From IMG/VR virus record IMGVR_UViG_3300030943_000012: 64,000 nucleotides of DNA. One strand, written 5' to 3'. The notes beneath the pieces are model-generated. The model was not told the origin of the DNA and ran no database searches. It worked only from the letters and a program-made list of their open reading frames with translations. The stretch is from an uncultured virus (IMG/VR IMGVR_UViG_3300030943_000012) (taxonomy: Duplodnaviria > Heunggongvirae > Uroviricota > Caudoviricetes). This document shows positions 25,374 through 35,120 of the stretch, in pieces; the first letter of the stretch is position 1; every line of letters begins with the position of its first letter. The position numbers and the translations under genes are program-made.

Positions 25374-26147
25374 ATGGGTGAGCGAGAGGAATTGGCCGAG
25401 CGCATGGCCCACGTTTACCGCGTGATGCAAGCGGCAGGTGCAAGCAACGGCCGCACGATGCACGTATGGACGAAGGATCTCGCTGTGGTGGCTGAGGTTC
25501 TGGAGTACATGCGCGCTCCTGCCCAAAGAGGCGCGCAGTCTCCGTATACTTGCTACCTGGAGCGCTCGGCAGTGCGGTCGCTCCTGATCGGCGGTACGAG
25601 CGACGAGAACGTCCATATCACCGAAGGCCTGCTGATGGAGGTCGATGAACTGCCGGTCTTCACCGCCGAAGATATTGCCGCCCTCCGCGCGACAGAGGCC
25701 GACGCGGAGGCGGGCGGGCGGCCAGCAAGCACCGAGTTTATAGAAGCCATTCGTCGGGTCGGGATGCCTGACCCCATCCGCGAGCCAGAGGCGGCCGACG
25801 CGGGGGCTGTGGAAGCATGGCTGTACGAATACAACGATATTCACGACTATTGGCGCGGCGCAGTGATTTTGAACCGCCCTGCGAAAAATCCACCCACGTC
25901 GCATGATGGGAAGACCGTGCGCAATGTGCAGCCCCTCTACGCCTCCCCCACAGATGCCGGGATGCGGGCAACAATCATCGAGGAGTGCGCGAAAGCGGTT
26001 GAGGCGGAAACTGTTGGCCAGGACGGCACGCCAATCAGCGATGCAACCGACATCTCTTACGACTTTGCAATCGAGCATGCTGCTGCAGCCGTGCGCGCAC
26101 TTGCGCACCCATCGACGAACGGCAACACCGGAGGTCCGCAGTCATGA
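25374..26147 (+). CDS. Mosaic hypothetical protein (start uncertain)
   Basis: Long ORF coupled to its downstream neighbour; VQPLYA and IEECAK segments typical of phage accessory proteins. Confidence 0.55.
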   Translation: MGEREELAERMAHVYRVMQAAGASNGRTMHVWTKDLAVVAEVLEYMRAPAQRGAQSPYTCYLERSAVRSLLIGGTSDENVHITEGLLMEVDELPVFTAEDIAALRATEADAEAGGRPASTEFIEAIRRVGMPDPIREPEAADAGAVEAWLYEYNDIHDYWRGAVILNRPAKNPPTSHDGKTVRNVQPLYASPTDAGMRATIIEECAKAVEAETVGQDGTPISDATDISYDFAIEHAAAAVRALAHPSTNGNTGGPQS

Positions 26148-26422
26148 ACGAGCCTACCAAGCACGATCCGCGCGTCTTGTTTTGCTGCTGGGGCTGTGAG
26201 CAGAACGACCCTGAAAGCAGCGTCCATATGCGAGAGGCAATCGGTGTGATGCCGGATGGCACCTGGCTGTGTGAGGAATGCTATCGAGAGTGCGACAACC
26301 GTGACCACGGCATGGAGCCGAATGACGACGATGACGTCGATTTTCTATACCCCGAATTCGATGATCTGCCTCGGCCCGAGCCATACGCGGTCGCCCCTCA
26401 CGATGGAGGAGCCCCGCCATGA
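26144..26422 (+). CDS. Cys-rich acidic hypothetical protein
   Basis: CWGC...CEEC; ATGA couplings. Confidence 0.6.
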   Translation: MNEPTKHDPRVLFCCWGCEQNDPESSVHMREAIGVMPDGTWLCEECYRECDNRDHGMEPNDDDDVDFLYPEFDDLPRPEPYAVAPHDGGAPP

Positions 26423-26667
26423 CCGTCGTTATGGTTCGCCCGAAGGCGCAGGAGCTGCAGGCGTGGCAGTACACTATGAAGGACGAGGCCCCGATGTGGG
26501 TGCTCGACGCAATGACGCTGAACGACCAGAACGAACTGGTGCTCAATCGAGGGTCCGGGCGCCAGGGGGTCCGTCCCAGCGAATGGCTTGTGAAGCACCC
26601 CGACCAGAAAGACCTGATCTGGTGCACTGACGCAGAGTTCAAGCGGGATTACGAGGTGACGCCATGA
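26419..26667 (+). CDS. Hypothetical protein
   Basis: GGAG RBS, ATGA coupling. Confidence 0.65.
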   Translation: MTVVMVRPKAQELQAWQYTMKDEAPMWVLDAMTLNDQNELVLNRGSGRQGVRPSEWLVKHPDQKDLIWCTDAEFKRDYEVTP

Positions 26668-27089
26668 TTACAGATGAGGTGGTGGAGAGTGCCGCTAAAC
26701 GCATCGCGCGTACCGTTCCTCTGGGTTGCGGCGGCGGATGGAATGAGCCGCACGGTCACGACTTTCCGCTTCAGTACAGCGATAAAGAACAAAGGCTGAT
26801 CCGGGGCATCGCAAAGGATGCGCTCACTGCCGCCCTTGGTGATGCTGTCGTGGTGCCGGATGCATCGCTTGTGCAGCGCTGCCGTGAACTGCTGGACTGG
26901 AGCCAGACCGGGTTACTGAATGGCGGCGGCGTCGTTCGCGACCTCGCCGCTCGGCTGGAAGCCAAGGTTGGCGAAACGTATGCCCTGCGCGTAGCTGAGG
27001 ACCAGACCAAAGATGACGCGATGCGTGCAGTCGTTCGCATTGCAGAGGCGCTTGCGGTCACGCGCCACGAGGACAAGACCGGTGAATGA
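26664..27089 (+). CDS. Hypothetical protein
   Basis: GAGG RBS, ATGA coupling. Confidence 0.6.
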   Translation: MITDEVVESAAKRIARTVPLGCGGGWNEPHGHDFPLQYSDKEQRLIRGIAKDALTAALGDAVVVPDASLVQRCRELLDWSQTGLLNGGGVVRDLAARLEAKVGETYALRVAEDQTKDDAMRAVVRIAEALAVTRHEDKTGE

Positions 27090-27411
27090 CGACGAGGCGT
27101 TTTTCACCAGCAACCCGGATCGACAGTGTCACATCCGCACGCCCGGTCGCGAGCTGCACAAGGATCGACAGCGGTCGGTGCGCTATCTTTCGGAGAACGA
27201 GATTCAATTCCGATCGCTCGGTCCGCACGACCAGGACCAGCGTCGCATCCTGTCCTACCGGGTGCCGGCGGATAACGAACTGGTCGAGAAGGGCAAGGTG
27301 ACCGTGGTGGCGGTCCCGATGCTGGCGTTCAAGGGCGAGGTGATCGAGGACACGGACGAGGTTCTGCTGCCGATTCTGGCGGAGATAATGGAGGGACAAG
27401 TCGATGGCTAA
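27082..27411 (+). CDS. Hypothetical protein
   Basis: GTG start; DEAFFTSNPDRQCHIR. Confidence 0.55.
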   Translation: MNDDEAFFTSNPDRQCHIRTPGRELHKDRQRSVRYLSENEIQFRSLGPHDQDQRRILSYRVPADNELVEKGKVTVVAVPMLAFKGEVIEDTDEVLLPILAEIMEGQVDG

Positions 27412-27561
27412 GAAGGCCGATCAGAAAAAATTGTTCGAGTACATGGTTGAGAGCTTGGACAGCATGAAGCTGACTCCCAGCAAGAAAGAGTTCGCCAAGG
27501 CCGTCCTTCGCGCTGCCATCGAACACGCTGCGATGCGTATGGCCGGATTTGAGCTGGAAAA

Positions 27562-27744
27562 ATGAGACTCACCCACGAAGAAATCCAGGAGCGAGCCGAG
27601 GCCCGATCTGCCGAGTTCAAGGCCGGCGAGATGACCGAGCCGGTTTACCGGGCCTCGCTGTTCGTTCTCGGCTTTCGAGGGGATGATATCAGTATGGAAG
27701 TCCGTCGGAATTGGCCGGAGAAGAAGCCGAGGTACGGCAGGTGA
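27562..27744 (+). CDS. Small hypothetical protein
   Basis: Coupled to the polymerase start. Confidence 0.55.
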   Translation: MRLTHEEIQERAEARSAEFKAGEMTEPVYRASLFVLGFRGDDISMEVRRNWPEKKPRYGR

Positions 27745-29648
27745 GACTGGTAGTAGGCGACGCAGAAACTTTCTTTGATCGGAAAAATAAGTATTCCCTG
27801 TCTGTCATGACACAGGAAGAATACCTGCGCGATCCGCGTTTCGAAATGCACGGCATTGCTATCAAGTGGGACAAGGACACCTTGCCGGTCTGGTACGACG
27901 AACGCGAGTGGCGCTACATCGCCAAAGAAGAAGACTGGTCCGACGTCTTCTTTCTCGCACATCACAATGCTTTCGACGCCAGCATTCTCAATTGGCACTA
28001 TGACGTGCGCCCGCGCATGCTTGGCTGCACCATGTCGATGGGGAAACTTCTGCTCGGCGCGCACATCTCGGTCAGCCTCGATTCGATGCGCAAGCATTTC
28101 GGCATTCCGGCAAAAATAACGCCCTACGGATTATTTGACGGCAAGCGTTGGAGCGAGCTTTCTCAAGATGTGCGCGAGCAGATCGGTAACGGAGCGATCG
28201 ACGAGGTCGAGTCGATCTACAAGATGTTCACGCAGTACCTGGCACCGCAGTTCCCCGCCGAAGAATATGAGGTGGTGGACACCATCATCCGTATGTTTTC
28301 GGAACCGGTTCTGCGGCTGGACGCGCAATTACTGGCGAAGGTTTGGCAGGAGGAAGCGCTCAAGAAACAGCATCTGCTGGCGCAGCTTGGCGTCCAGGAA
28401 ACTGAACTGCAGTCCGCCGACAAATTTGCCGAGCTTCTGAGGGCCGAGGGCATCGAACCTTCGACAAAGACCGGCCCGGTCAGCAAGCGTACCGGCAAGT
28501 CGAAGGACAACTATGCCTTCGCTGCCAAAGACGATTTTATGAAGGAACTTCTGGAAAGTGACAATGAACGAGTATCCACGCTGGCTGCAGCCCGTCTCGG
28601 TGTTAAGTCAACAATCACGCAAACGCGCGCCGAATCGCTGGGCTGGATTTCGTCTCGCGGACCTCTCCCGATCTATCTCAATTACGCTGGAGCTGGCACG
28701 CTTAGAGTTACCGGCGGAGGATCGATCAATCCTCTCAACTTCAAACGTAATTCCGATATCAGACGCTCAATTTGTGCGCCGGAAGGTTTTGTTTTAGCGC
28801 CTGTTGATAGCAGTCAAATTGAGTGCCGGTGCGTAAACTACCTGGCCGGGCAATGGGATATCATCGAACGATTTCGCGACGGGAAAGATCCCTACACCGG
28901 CATCGCCAGCCAGTTCTATGGTGAGGAAATATATAAGCCGGCCAAGGGCGATCCGCGCAAGGAAGAAATGGAGATGAAGCGCGGCACCGGCAAGCAGGCT
29001 GAATTGTCTTGCGGGTACGGGTCGTCCGGCGAGACGTTCAAAAAGACAGCGGCCCTCGGTATTTACGGCCCTCCTGTTAAGATTCCACTTGAAGACGCGA
29101 ACCGCATCGTCGCCCTTTATCGCGAAACGCACCCGGCGATCTGTGCAAAAAATACTGGCTATTGGGCGCAGGCGGGACGCATGATTGCACGGCTGGCCGG
29201 CGGAGATCCGATTCAATGGGGACCGCTTCTGGTCAAGGATAGCAAGATTATTTTGCCAAATGGCTGCCCGGTCATTTACACGGGCATGGAGTTCTATCAT
29301 CCTACGGAAGAAGAACTGCCCTTCCTCAAGGATTTCGAGATGGGCGGGTACTGGCGAATGCCGACCAGGTTCGGTTGGAAGAAAATGTGGGGTTCAAAAA
29401 TCGTACAGAACGTGTGCGAGGCAGTGTCGCGTGTTATCGTGTCTCAGGCGATGATTCGCATCAAAAGCCAATACGGGTTTCGCACGTTAAATTGGCCCTA
29501 TGACGAACTTTTGCTTCTCCTGCCGAAGGACGGCAACGAGGAATGCAACATGAAATTGTGCGAGATCGAGATGAAGCGCGAAGTACCTTGGCTTCCTGGA
29601 TTGCCGCTCGATTGCGAAGGCATCATCGGCGATCGCTATGCTAAGTAA
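27741..29648 (+). CDS. Family A DNA polymerase with 3'-5' exonuclease
   Basis: ExoI DAET, ExoII HNAFD; motif A DSSQIECR, motif B RGTGKQAELSCGYG, motif C PYDE. Confidence 0.93.
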   Translation: MRLVVGDAETFFDRKNKYSLSVMTQEEYLRDPRFEMHGIAIKWDKDTLPVWYDEREWRYIAKEEDWSDVFFLAHHNAFDASILNWHYDVRPRMLGCTMSMGKLLLGAHISVSLDSMRKHFGIPAKITPYGLFDGKRWSELSQDVREQIGNGAIDEVESIYKMFTQYLAPQFPAEEYEVVDTIIRMFSEPVLRLDAQLLAKVWQEEALKKQHLLAQLGVQETELQSADKFAELLRAEGIEPSTKTGPVSKRTGKSKDNYAFAAKDDFMKELLESDNERVSTLAAARLGVKSTITQTRAESLGWISSRGPLPIYLNYAGAGTLRVTGGGSINPLNFKRNSDIRRSICAPEGFVLAPVDSSQIECRCVNYLAGQWDIIERFRDGKDPYTGIASQFYGEEIYKPAKGDPRKEEMEMKRGTGKQAELSCGYGSSGETFKKTAALGIYGPPVKIPLEDANRIVALYRETHPAICAKNTGYWAQAGRMIARLAGGDPIQWGPLLVKDSKIILPNGCPVIYTGMEFYHPTEEELPFLKDFEMGGYWRMPTRFGWKKMWGSKIVQNVCEAVSRVIVSQAMIRIKSQYGFRTLNWPYDELLLLLPKDGNEECNMKLCEIEMKREVPWLPGLPLDCEGIIGDRYAK

Positions 29649-30042
29649 GGAAAACAACATGAAGCGAGTATACACAGCGTCGAAGCTATCAGCCGCGCCC
29701 ATGTGGCGCCAGCTGCAACAGGACTGGGGTTCGGCCGCGTTCTTTCATGCGCGCTGGCTGCGCCATTGCGAACTGGGCACGCCCGATTCTCCCGAAGCCG
29801 CACCGGGGTTTTGGCTTGAGGACGAAGAAGACGTTGGTACATCCGACGCGCTCTTGGTGTGGGGAGAGCCGGGGCAGGCCCTGCGCGGTGCGCTCGTCGA
29901 GGCTGGAATCGCGATCGCGCGCGGCGTGCCAGTTCTCGTGATTGGCGAGAACGAAAGCTACGGCACCTGGCAGTACCATCCTGGTGTGGAGAGAGCGGCT
30001 GACTTTGTGGAAGCTCTGCGATGGATCAAGGCGCTTCCATGA
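29638..30042 (+). CDS. Nucleoside 2'-deoxyribosyltransferase-like protein
   Basis: VYTAS...DEEDVGTSDALLV...GALVEAGIAIARGVPVLVIG. Confidence 0.7.
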   Translation: MLSKENNMKRVYTASKLSAAPMWRQLQQDWGSAAFFHARWLRHCELGTPDSPEAAPGFWLEDEEDVGTSDALLVWGEPGQALRGALVEAGIAIARGVPVLVIGENESYGTWQYHPGVERAADFVEALRWIKALP

Positions 30043-30245
30043 CCGACAAACCCGAGCCCTTCCCCACCAAGTGCCCGCACTGCGGGTCCTTCGCCCGCTA
30101 TGAGGCCAGCAAAGTGAGCGAGAGCGGCGTGCACGTTTACGGCCTGACAACGTGGGAGTGCGGCTATGTGCTGCAGCGCACGTTCGACGAGGAATTCAGC
30201 CGGCCCTTCGAGTTCGAGCCGGGCAAATGCAGGAGGGTGCCGTGA
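30039..30245 (+). CDS. Small zinc-finger protein
   Basis: CPHCG...WECG. Confidence 0.5.
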   Translation: MTDKPEPFPTKCPHCGSFARYEASKVSESGVHVYGLTTWECGYVLQRTFDEEFSRPFEFEPGKCRRVP

Positions 30246-30425
30246 GCTACACGATCGTGCGCGATGACTTCGTCGCCATCGAATCCATGCTGTCCGATCA
30301 GGTCGGCAAGGCTTTCCCGGCCCTTCACATCCGCGCGGTGATCAGCACGCGGGTGGAACTACAGGAACTGATCGAGAAACTGAACCGTCGGCTTGAGACC
30401 GACTTCGCCCAAGAGGAAAAGACCG

Positions 30426-30842
30426 ATGACCGATCTGCCAGCGAACAACCTGCAGCCGTTCCAGCCCAGCTTTCTGCCAACGACAACTCCGGATACAATT
30501 TCTGGGGAGAATGACCGCCCGAAGCGCCGGGGGTCCAGGAAGGCCGCCGAGCCGGCGCCAGCCAAGGCGAGGAAGCCGCGCGCTACGCGAAAAGAGTCGG
30601 CGCTGACCGCGCCCTACGCGGCGATCGCGAAGGAGATCAAGACCCGCAAGCCGAAAGCAGCCAAGACCGTCGTCGCAGTCAAGGCCCCCAGCAAGCTAGG
30701 CATCAACGAGATCGTCTCGGCGACCGTCGGCCTCAAGGAAGACGAAGCCCGGCAGTTGCTGAACATGGCGGCGTGCCTCGACACCCTCAAGAAGGGCGCG
30801 CGTCCGAAGGTCATGGCCGCCCTGCGCAAGCTGTTCGGGTAG
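30426..30842 (+). CDS. Lys/Ala/Arg-rich basic protein
   Basis: Basic low-complexity middle region; GAGG RBS. Confidence 0.6.
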   Translation: MTDLPANNLQPFQPSFLPTTTPDTISGENDRPKRRGSRKAAEPAPAKARKPRATRKESALTAPYAAIAKEIKTRKPKAAKTVVAVKAPSKLGINEIVSATVGLKEDEARQLLNMAACLDTLKKGARPKVMAALRKLFG

Positions 30843-30846
30843 GACC

Positions 30847-31509
30847 ATGCAGATCGCCAAGCCCCTCGTGTTCACCTACACGAATCTCAACACGTATCTG
30901 ATCTGCCCGCATCAGATGTACCGGCGCTACGTCAAGAAGGATCTGGAGTTCAAGAAGACGCCGGAGATGGAGCTTGGCAACGTGGTCCACTCGGCGTTCG
31001 AATACCGGATCGGCGGCCGTCCGCTGCCGATGGAAATGAACCACTGGGAGCCGTTCGCCGCGGCGCTCGACGGGCTGAATGCCAAGCCCGAACTCAAGAT
31101 GGGTATCACGAAGGAAGGGAAGCCCACGGGCTTCTTCGACAACGACGTCTGGTTCAGGGGGAAGGCCGACGTGGTGGCTATTAGCGGCACCGTGGCCTTC
31201 CTGCCAGACTGGAAGACGGGAAAGCGGCGCGAGGAGCCGTTCGAACTGGCGACGAACGGCATGCTGGTGCACGCGCATAATCCGTATCTGACGAAGATCA
31301 CCGGCGCTTATGTCTGGCTCAAGGAAAACGCCATGGGCCTGATGCACGACGTCAGCGACACCAACTCGACCTGGGCGCGCGTCAACAATATCGCCGAGGA
31401 AATCCAGAGTTGCATGCAGACCGGCGAGTGGGAGAAGAAGCGCACGCCGTTGTGCAGTTGGTGCGATGTCCACGACTGCGAGAACAACACAAACCCGAAG
31501 CGAGGGTGA
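30847..31509 (+). CDS. PD-(D/E)XK (Cas4/RecB-like) nuclease
   Basis: CPHQ, GNVVH, RGKADVV, DWKTGK, C-terminal CSWC...C. Confidence 0.88.
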   Translation: MQIAKPLVFTYTNLNTYLICPHQMYRRYVKKDLEFKKTPEMELGNVVHSAFEYRIGGRPLPMEMNHWEPFAAALDGLNAKPELKMGITKEGKPTGFFDNDVWFRGKADVVAISGTVAFLPDWKTGKRREEPFELATNGMLVHAHNPYLTKITGAYVWLKENAMGLMHDVSDTNSTWARVNNIAEEIQSCMQTGEWEKKRTPLCSWCDVHDCENNTNPKRG

Positions 31510-31510
31510 G

Positions 31511-31990
31511 ATGCTTCGGAAGGATGGGGGTATAAACCGAAGCTACCGGCACGGCGGTTATGTTGGCGGTAAAGAAATTCCGGAGCATTATGTTTGGCGT
31601 ACCATGCTGGTTAGAGCCGGCAAGGAACGACACTACGAGCATGTGAAGGTTTGTAAGCGGTGGAAAAAGTATGAAAATTTCCTTGCGGATATGGGAGTCC
31701 GCCCCACACCTGCGCACAGCCTCGACAGGTACCCAAATCCTTTCGGGCACTATTGCGCGACAAACTGCCGATGGGCCACGCAGGCACAGCAAGGTGCGAA
31801 CAAGCGCAACACGAGACTGTACACGGATGGCGAATTCGTGGGCACGACGCCACAGTGGGCCGCTCGGATTGGTATCAGCAGAGAGTTAGCGTGGTACCGC
31901 CTCAGGTACTGGGGTACGTTTAAGCGAGGCCTCGTTTTGAAAACGAAAATGCTTCACGAGCGTCGTTGGAAAGGAATGTCTGATGCGTAG
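31511..31990 (+). CDS. HNH-type homing endonuclease-like protein
   Basis: VCKRW...FLADMG.RP...SLDR...YCATNCRWAT...NKRN. Confidence 0.85.
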   Translation: MLRKDGGINRSYRHGGYVGGKEIPEHYVWRTMLVRAGKERHYEHVKVCKRWKKYENFLADMGVRPTPAHSLDRYPNPFGHYCATNCRWATQAQQGANKRNTRLYTDGEFVGTTPQWAARIGISRELAWYRLRYWGTFKRGLVLKTKMLHERRWKGMSDA

Positions 31991-32273
31991 CCCAGAAGGC
32001 GTGGAAAAAGACGCGATCAAGAAGTACCTCACCGCGAACGGCTTCTGGTTCTTCAGCCCGAGCATGACTGGCTTCGGCGGCTCCGGCGTGCCGGACCTCG
32101 TCGGCTGCAAGGATAGCAAGTTCTTCGCCATCGAGGTGAAGCGGCCGGGCAAGGCGCCGACGCCGATCCAGCAGCGCCGGATGGCGGAGATCCAGAAACA
32201 CGGGGGCCTCGCTGTCGCGGGCGATGCGCCGGCGGTGATCATGCAGTTGAAAGCGCTTTTCCCCAATGGCTAA
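31983..32273 (+). CDS. VRR-NUC nuclease
   Basis: GVPDL, FAIEVKRPG, PTPIQ. Confidence 0.9.
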   Translation: MRSPEGVEKDAIKKYLTANGFWFFSPSMTGFGGSGVPDLVGCKDSKFFAIEVKRPGKAPTPIQQRRMAEIQKHGGLAVAGDAPAVIMQLKALFPNG

Positions 32274-32484
32274 CCGCATCACGGCGCTTAGTTGCCCGAA
32301 GTGTAGCTATGCGTATAGCAAGGCTGACAACGGCAAGGCTTCAAACCGTTCCTACCGGCGCGCTCGGCGCTGTCTCAAATGCGATGCGCTGTTCGTGACC
32401 TACGAGATCATGGCCTCGGACTTCTCTCTACTGATGGAATTCAAGCGCTGGGTCGCGCTGCAAAAGCCGGTGGCGGATGACTGA
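32266..32484 (+). CDS. NrdR-like zinc-ribbon protein
   Basis: CPKC...RRARRCLKC...FVTYE. Confidence 0.7.
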   Translation: MANRITALSCPKCSYAYSKADNGKASNRSYRRARRCLKCDALFVTYEIMASDFSLLMEFKRWVALQKPVADD

Positions 32485-34096
32485 TTTCTGGTTCGACCCC
32501 GCCTCCAACGTGATGGTGTATCCAGGCACGGCGCCGGCGCATATCGGCGGCCACCTCGCCGGCATGAAGCAGGCCGATGCGTTTTTCGCGGTGCCGCGCA
32601 CCTTGCAGAACTGCATCGTGCTTCGCTACTTCAACTACCCGGTCGCGCCGATCATGGACGACCAAAGCTACGATTTCCCAATCGAGCCGGGCAAGAAGCC
32701 GCTGCCGCATCAGAAGGTCTACGCCAACTTCGCCGTGATGCACCCCAAGATGTTCAATCTCGGCGATCCCGGCACGATGAAGACGTTGAGCACGTTGTGG
32801 GCCGCCGACTTCCTGATGAAGCAGTTTCCGCCCGGCACCACGCGCGCAATTATAGTTGCCCCGCTTAGCATCGTCGACGTAGTGTGGGCTGCAGGCATCT
32901 TCCGCAATTTCCCTGGGAGGCGCACGTTCAAGATTCTGACCGGCGACGAGGACAAGCGGATCAAGGGATTGGAAGCCGACGTCGACTTCTACCTCATCAA
33001 CCACGATGGTATCAAGGTAGGGGCGCGCGCTCGGCCAAAACGCGAACTGCGCGGCTTCTCCGCGGCGCTGGCGGAGCGCAAGGATATCAGAATCCCCATC
33101 ATCGACGAAGCCTCCGGCTTCAAGGACCACACCACGTTTCGGTGGTGGTGCTTTGAAAAGATGTTCCACGACCGGCCATTCCTTCAGTTGCTGACCGGCA
33201 CGCCGACGCCGAACCGGCCTACAGATGCTTTCGGCCTTGCGAAGCTCGTCAACAACGCCTTCGGTAAGTCGTTCAATGCTTTCCAGCTTGAGGCGATGGT
33301 AAAAGTTTCGCAATTTAAGTGGGTTCCGCAGAAGGACGGCTATGACAAGGCACGACGCTTGCTGACACCCTCGGTGCGCTATGCGCTTGACGACGTGTGG
33401 TCAGGCCCCGAGATGACCTACCAACGCCGGAAAATAGAACTGACGGACGAACAGAAGAAGATGATGCACCAGCTCAAGAACGAGTTGCAGGTGCTAACCA
33501 AGTCTGGGCCGATTGACGCGGCCAACGAAGCCGCGGCCCGCACCAAGTTTCTACAGATCAGCACTGGCGCGGTCTACGACGAGCACCATAAGGCGCATGT
33601 CGTGGACGCCGCCCCGCGATACAAGGAGCTTGAGGATATCGTCGAGAGCACGCAGCGGAAGGTCGTCGTGATCGTGCCGATCACATCCATCGTGCATCGT
33701 GTGGTGAAGCACTTGCGCGAGACGTGGAAGAAAGCTGGCCTCGACTGGACCTGCGACTTCATCAACGGCGAAGTTGCTGGCAACAAGCGGCCTCCGATCA
33801 TTCGTGCGTTCGAGAAAGATCCCAACTTCAAGGTGGTGGTCGTTGATCCTGGCGCGGTCGGCCACGGCGTTAACGAGTTCGTGGTGGCGGACACGGTGGT
33901 CTGGTTTGGCGCATGCGATAAGGCTGAGCTCTGGAAGCAGGCAAATGCGCGTGTGCGTCGCCCAGGCCAGAAGCATCCCAGCACTTGCTTCCAGCTGGTG
34001 TCGAACAAGTTGGAAGAAGAAATCTTTGACCGGCTCGAGAATAACACAAGTATGATGGGCCTGATGCTGCAGGCGATTCGCGAAGGAAAGTTTTGA
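32477..34096 (+). CDS. SNF2-family helicase
   Basis: PGTMKT, IVAPLS, IIDEAS, LTGTP, GHGVN, QANARVRRPGQ. Confidence 0.9.
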   Translation: MTDFWFDPASNVMVYPGTAPAHIGGHLAGMKQADAFFAVPRTLQNCIVLRYFNYPVAPIMDDQSYDFPIEPGKKPLPHQKVYANFAVMHPKMFNLGDPGTMKTLSTLWAADFLMKQFPPGTTRAIIVAPLSIVDVVWAAGIFRNFPGRRTFKILTGDEDKRIKGLEADVDFYLINHDGIKVGARARPKRELRGFSAALAERKDIRIPIIDEASGFKDHTTFRWWCFEKMFHDRPFLQLLTGTPTPNRPTDAFGLAKLVNNAFGKSFNAFQLEAMVKVSQFKWVPQKDGYDKARRLLTPSVRYALDDVWSGPEMTYQRRKIELTDEQKKMMHQLKNELQVLTKSGPIDAANEAAARTKFLQISTGAVYDEHHKAHVVDAAPRYKELEDIVESTQRKVVVIVPITSIVHRVVKHLRETWKKAGLDWTCDFINGEVAGNKRPPIIRAFEKDPNFKVVVVDPGAVGHGVNEFVVADTVVWFGACDKAELWKQANARVRRPGQKHPSTCFQLVSNKLEEEIFDRLENNTSMMGLMLQAIREGKF

Positions 34097-34175
34097 CTAC
34101 TAAATAGTAAGATTTTGCTTGACGGGTTCTAATCCGAATGGCAACCTTATAGCACAACGAACAAGGGGAACCACC

Positions 34176-34373
34176 ATGCGCCCAGGGTATTTCAAGGTCG
34201 ACGCCGGCGAGCACGGCGCAATGCTCATTCTTCCCGGCCCGTTCATGAAGGACACGCCGGTGATCCAGGTGCGTCACTGGCTGGATGCGCACGGTATCTC
34301 GGAGCCGTTGGTTTACCGCATGTCTGAGACGGGCGAAGCGTGCGCGGCCTCGTACAGCTCGGTGGTTTTCTGA
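34176..34373 (+). CDS. Small hypothetical protein
   Basis: RBS AAGGGGA; TGATG coupling. Confidence 0.6.
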   Translation: MRPGYFKVDAGEHGAMLILPGPFMKDTPVIQVRHWLDAHGISEPLVYRMSETGEACAASYSSVVF

Positions 34374-34585
34374 TGGCCCTCATGCCCAAGCCATGCCCGG
34401 AGCGCACGGACCTAGCCGCGCTGGTGAAGCGTGCCGTTGCCGCTTTCGAGGCGCTGTCGCCCGAGCAACAGAAAGAGGTCCGCCGCGCGCAGCGCAAATC
34501 GTGGGGCGTCGGAGAGACCATGCTGTCGCACCCCGAGATGACGCGCGAAGAAGCCGAAGCCCTGAACGAGAAGGTCTGCTACTGA
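34373..34585 (+). CDS. Small hypothetical protein
   Basis: Coupled at both ends. Confidence 0.55.
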   Translation: MALMPKPCPERTDLAALVKRAVAAFEALSPEQQKEVRRAQRKSWGVGETMLSHPEMTREEAEALNEKVCY

Positions 34586-35118
34586 TGGCTCCCCGCAAGA
34601 AGAAATCCGACGCCCCGGCTCCCGAGCAACTCGACATCGAGCAGGCGATCGCCGCGGCCGGCACGCCCGATCCCGCCAGCCTCCCGTTCGATCCGGCGGC
34701 GCTGATCAAGGAATTCAACGCGACGAAAGCGCACGTCGAGGCCGAGTCGAAGCGGTTCGGCGAGTACATGAAGCCGTACAATGACCGGATGGAAGCGATC
34801 CGGCAGGAGCTGCACGCCAAGGCGCTTGAGCAGAAGGTCAACGGCTTCCCGACCGACGAGGGCACTGCCTATCTCAGCGAGATCGTCTCGTACAAAATCG
34901 ATCCGGAAGCGCAGTACCTGACCGCCGACGGCCGCACCTCGACCGGCCGGGACGCCCTGCTCGACTGGATGCTGGACAACTGGGACGCCTATGGCTCCGA
35001 GGGCGCCATGATCAGCGTGTCGAAGGCGGTGGCCGAGAAGTGGCAGGAGGAGAACGGCGCTCCGCCGCCTGGCACCAAGACCGACAAACTCGTCCGAATC
35101 AACATCAGAAAGAGCTGA
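34585..35118 (+). CDS. Replication-module protein
   Basis: Coiled coil then GTAY...PPPG, typical of genes preceding SSB in PolA/SNF2 phages. Confidence 0.7.
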   Translation: MAPRKKKSDAPAPEQLDIEQAIAAAGTPDPASLPFDPAALIKEFNATKAHVEAESKRFGEYMKPYNDRMEAIRQELHAKALEQKVNGFPTDEGTAYLSEIVSYKIDPEAQYLTADGRTSTGRDALLDWMLDNWDAYGSEGAMISVSKAVAEKWQEENGAPPPGTKTDKLVRINIRKS

Positions 35119-35120
35119 CC

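Noticed and set aside
30847..31509. Cas4 / CRISPR-Cas system
   Set aside because: Stand-alone PD-(D/E)XK nuclease in the replication module; no cas1/cas2 or array.
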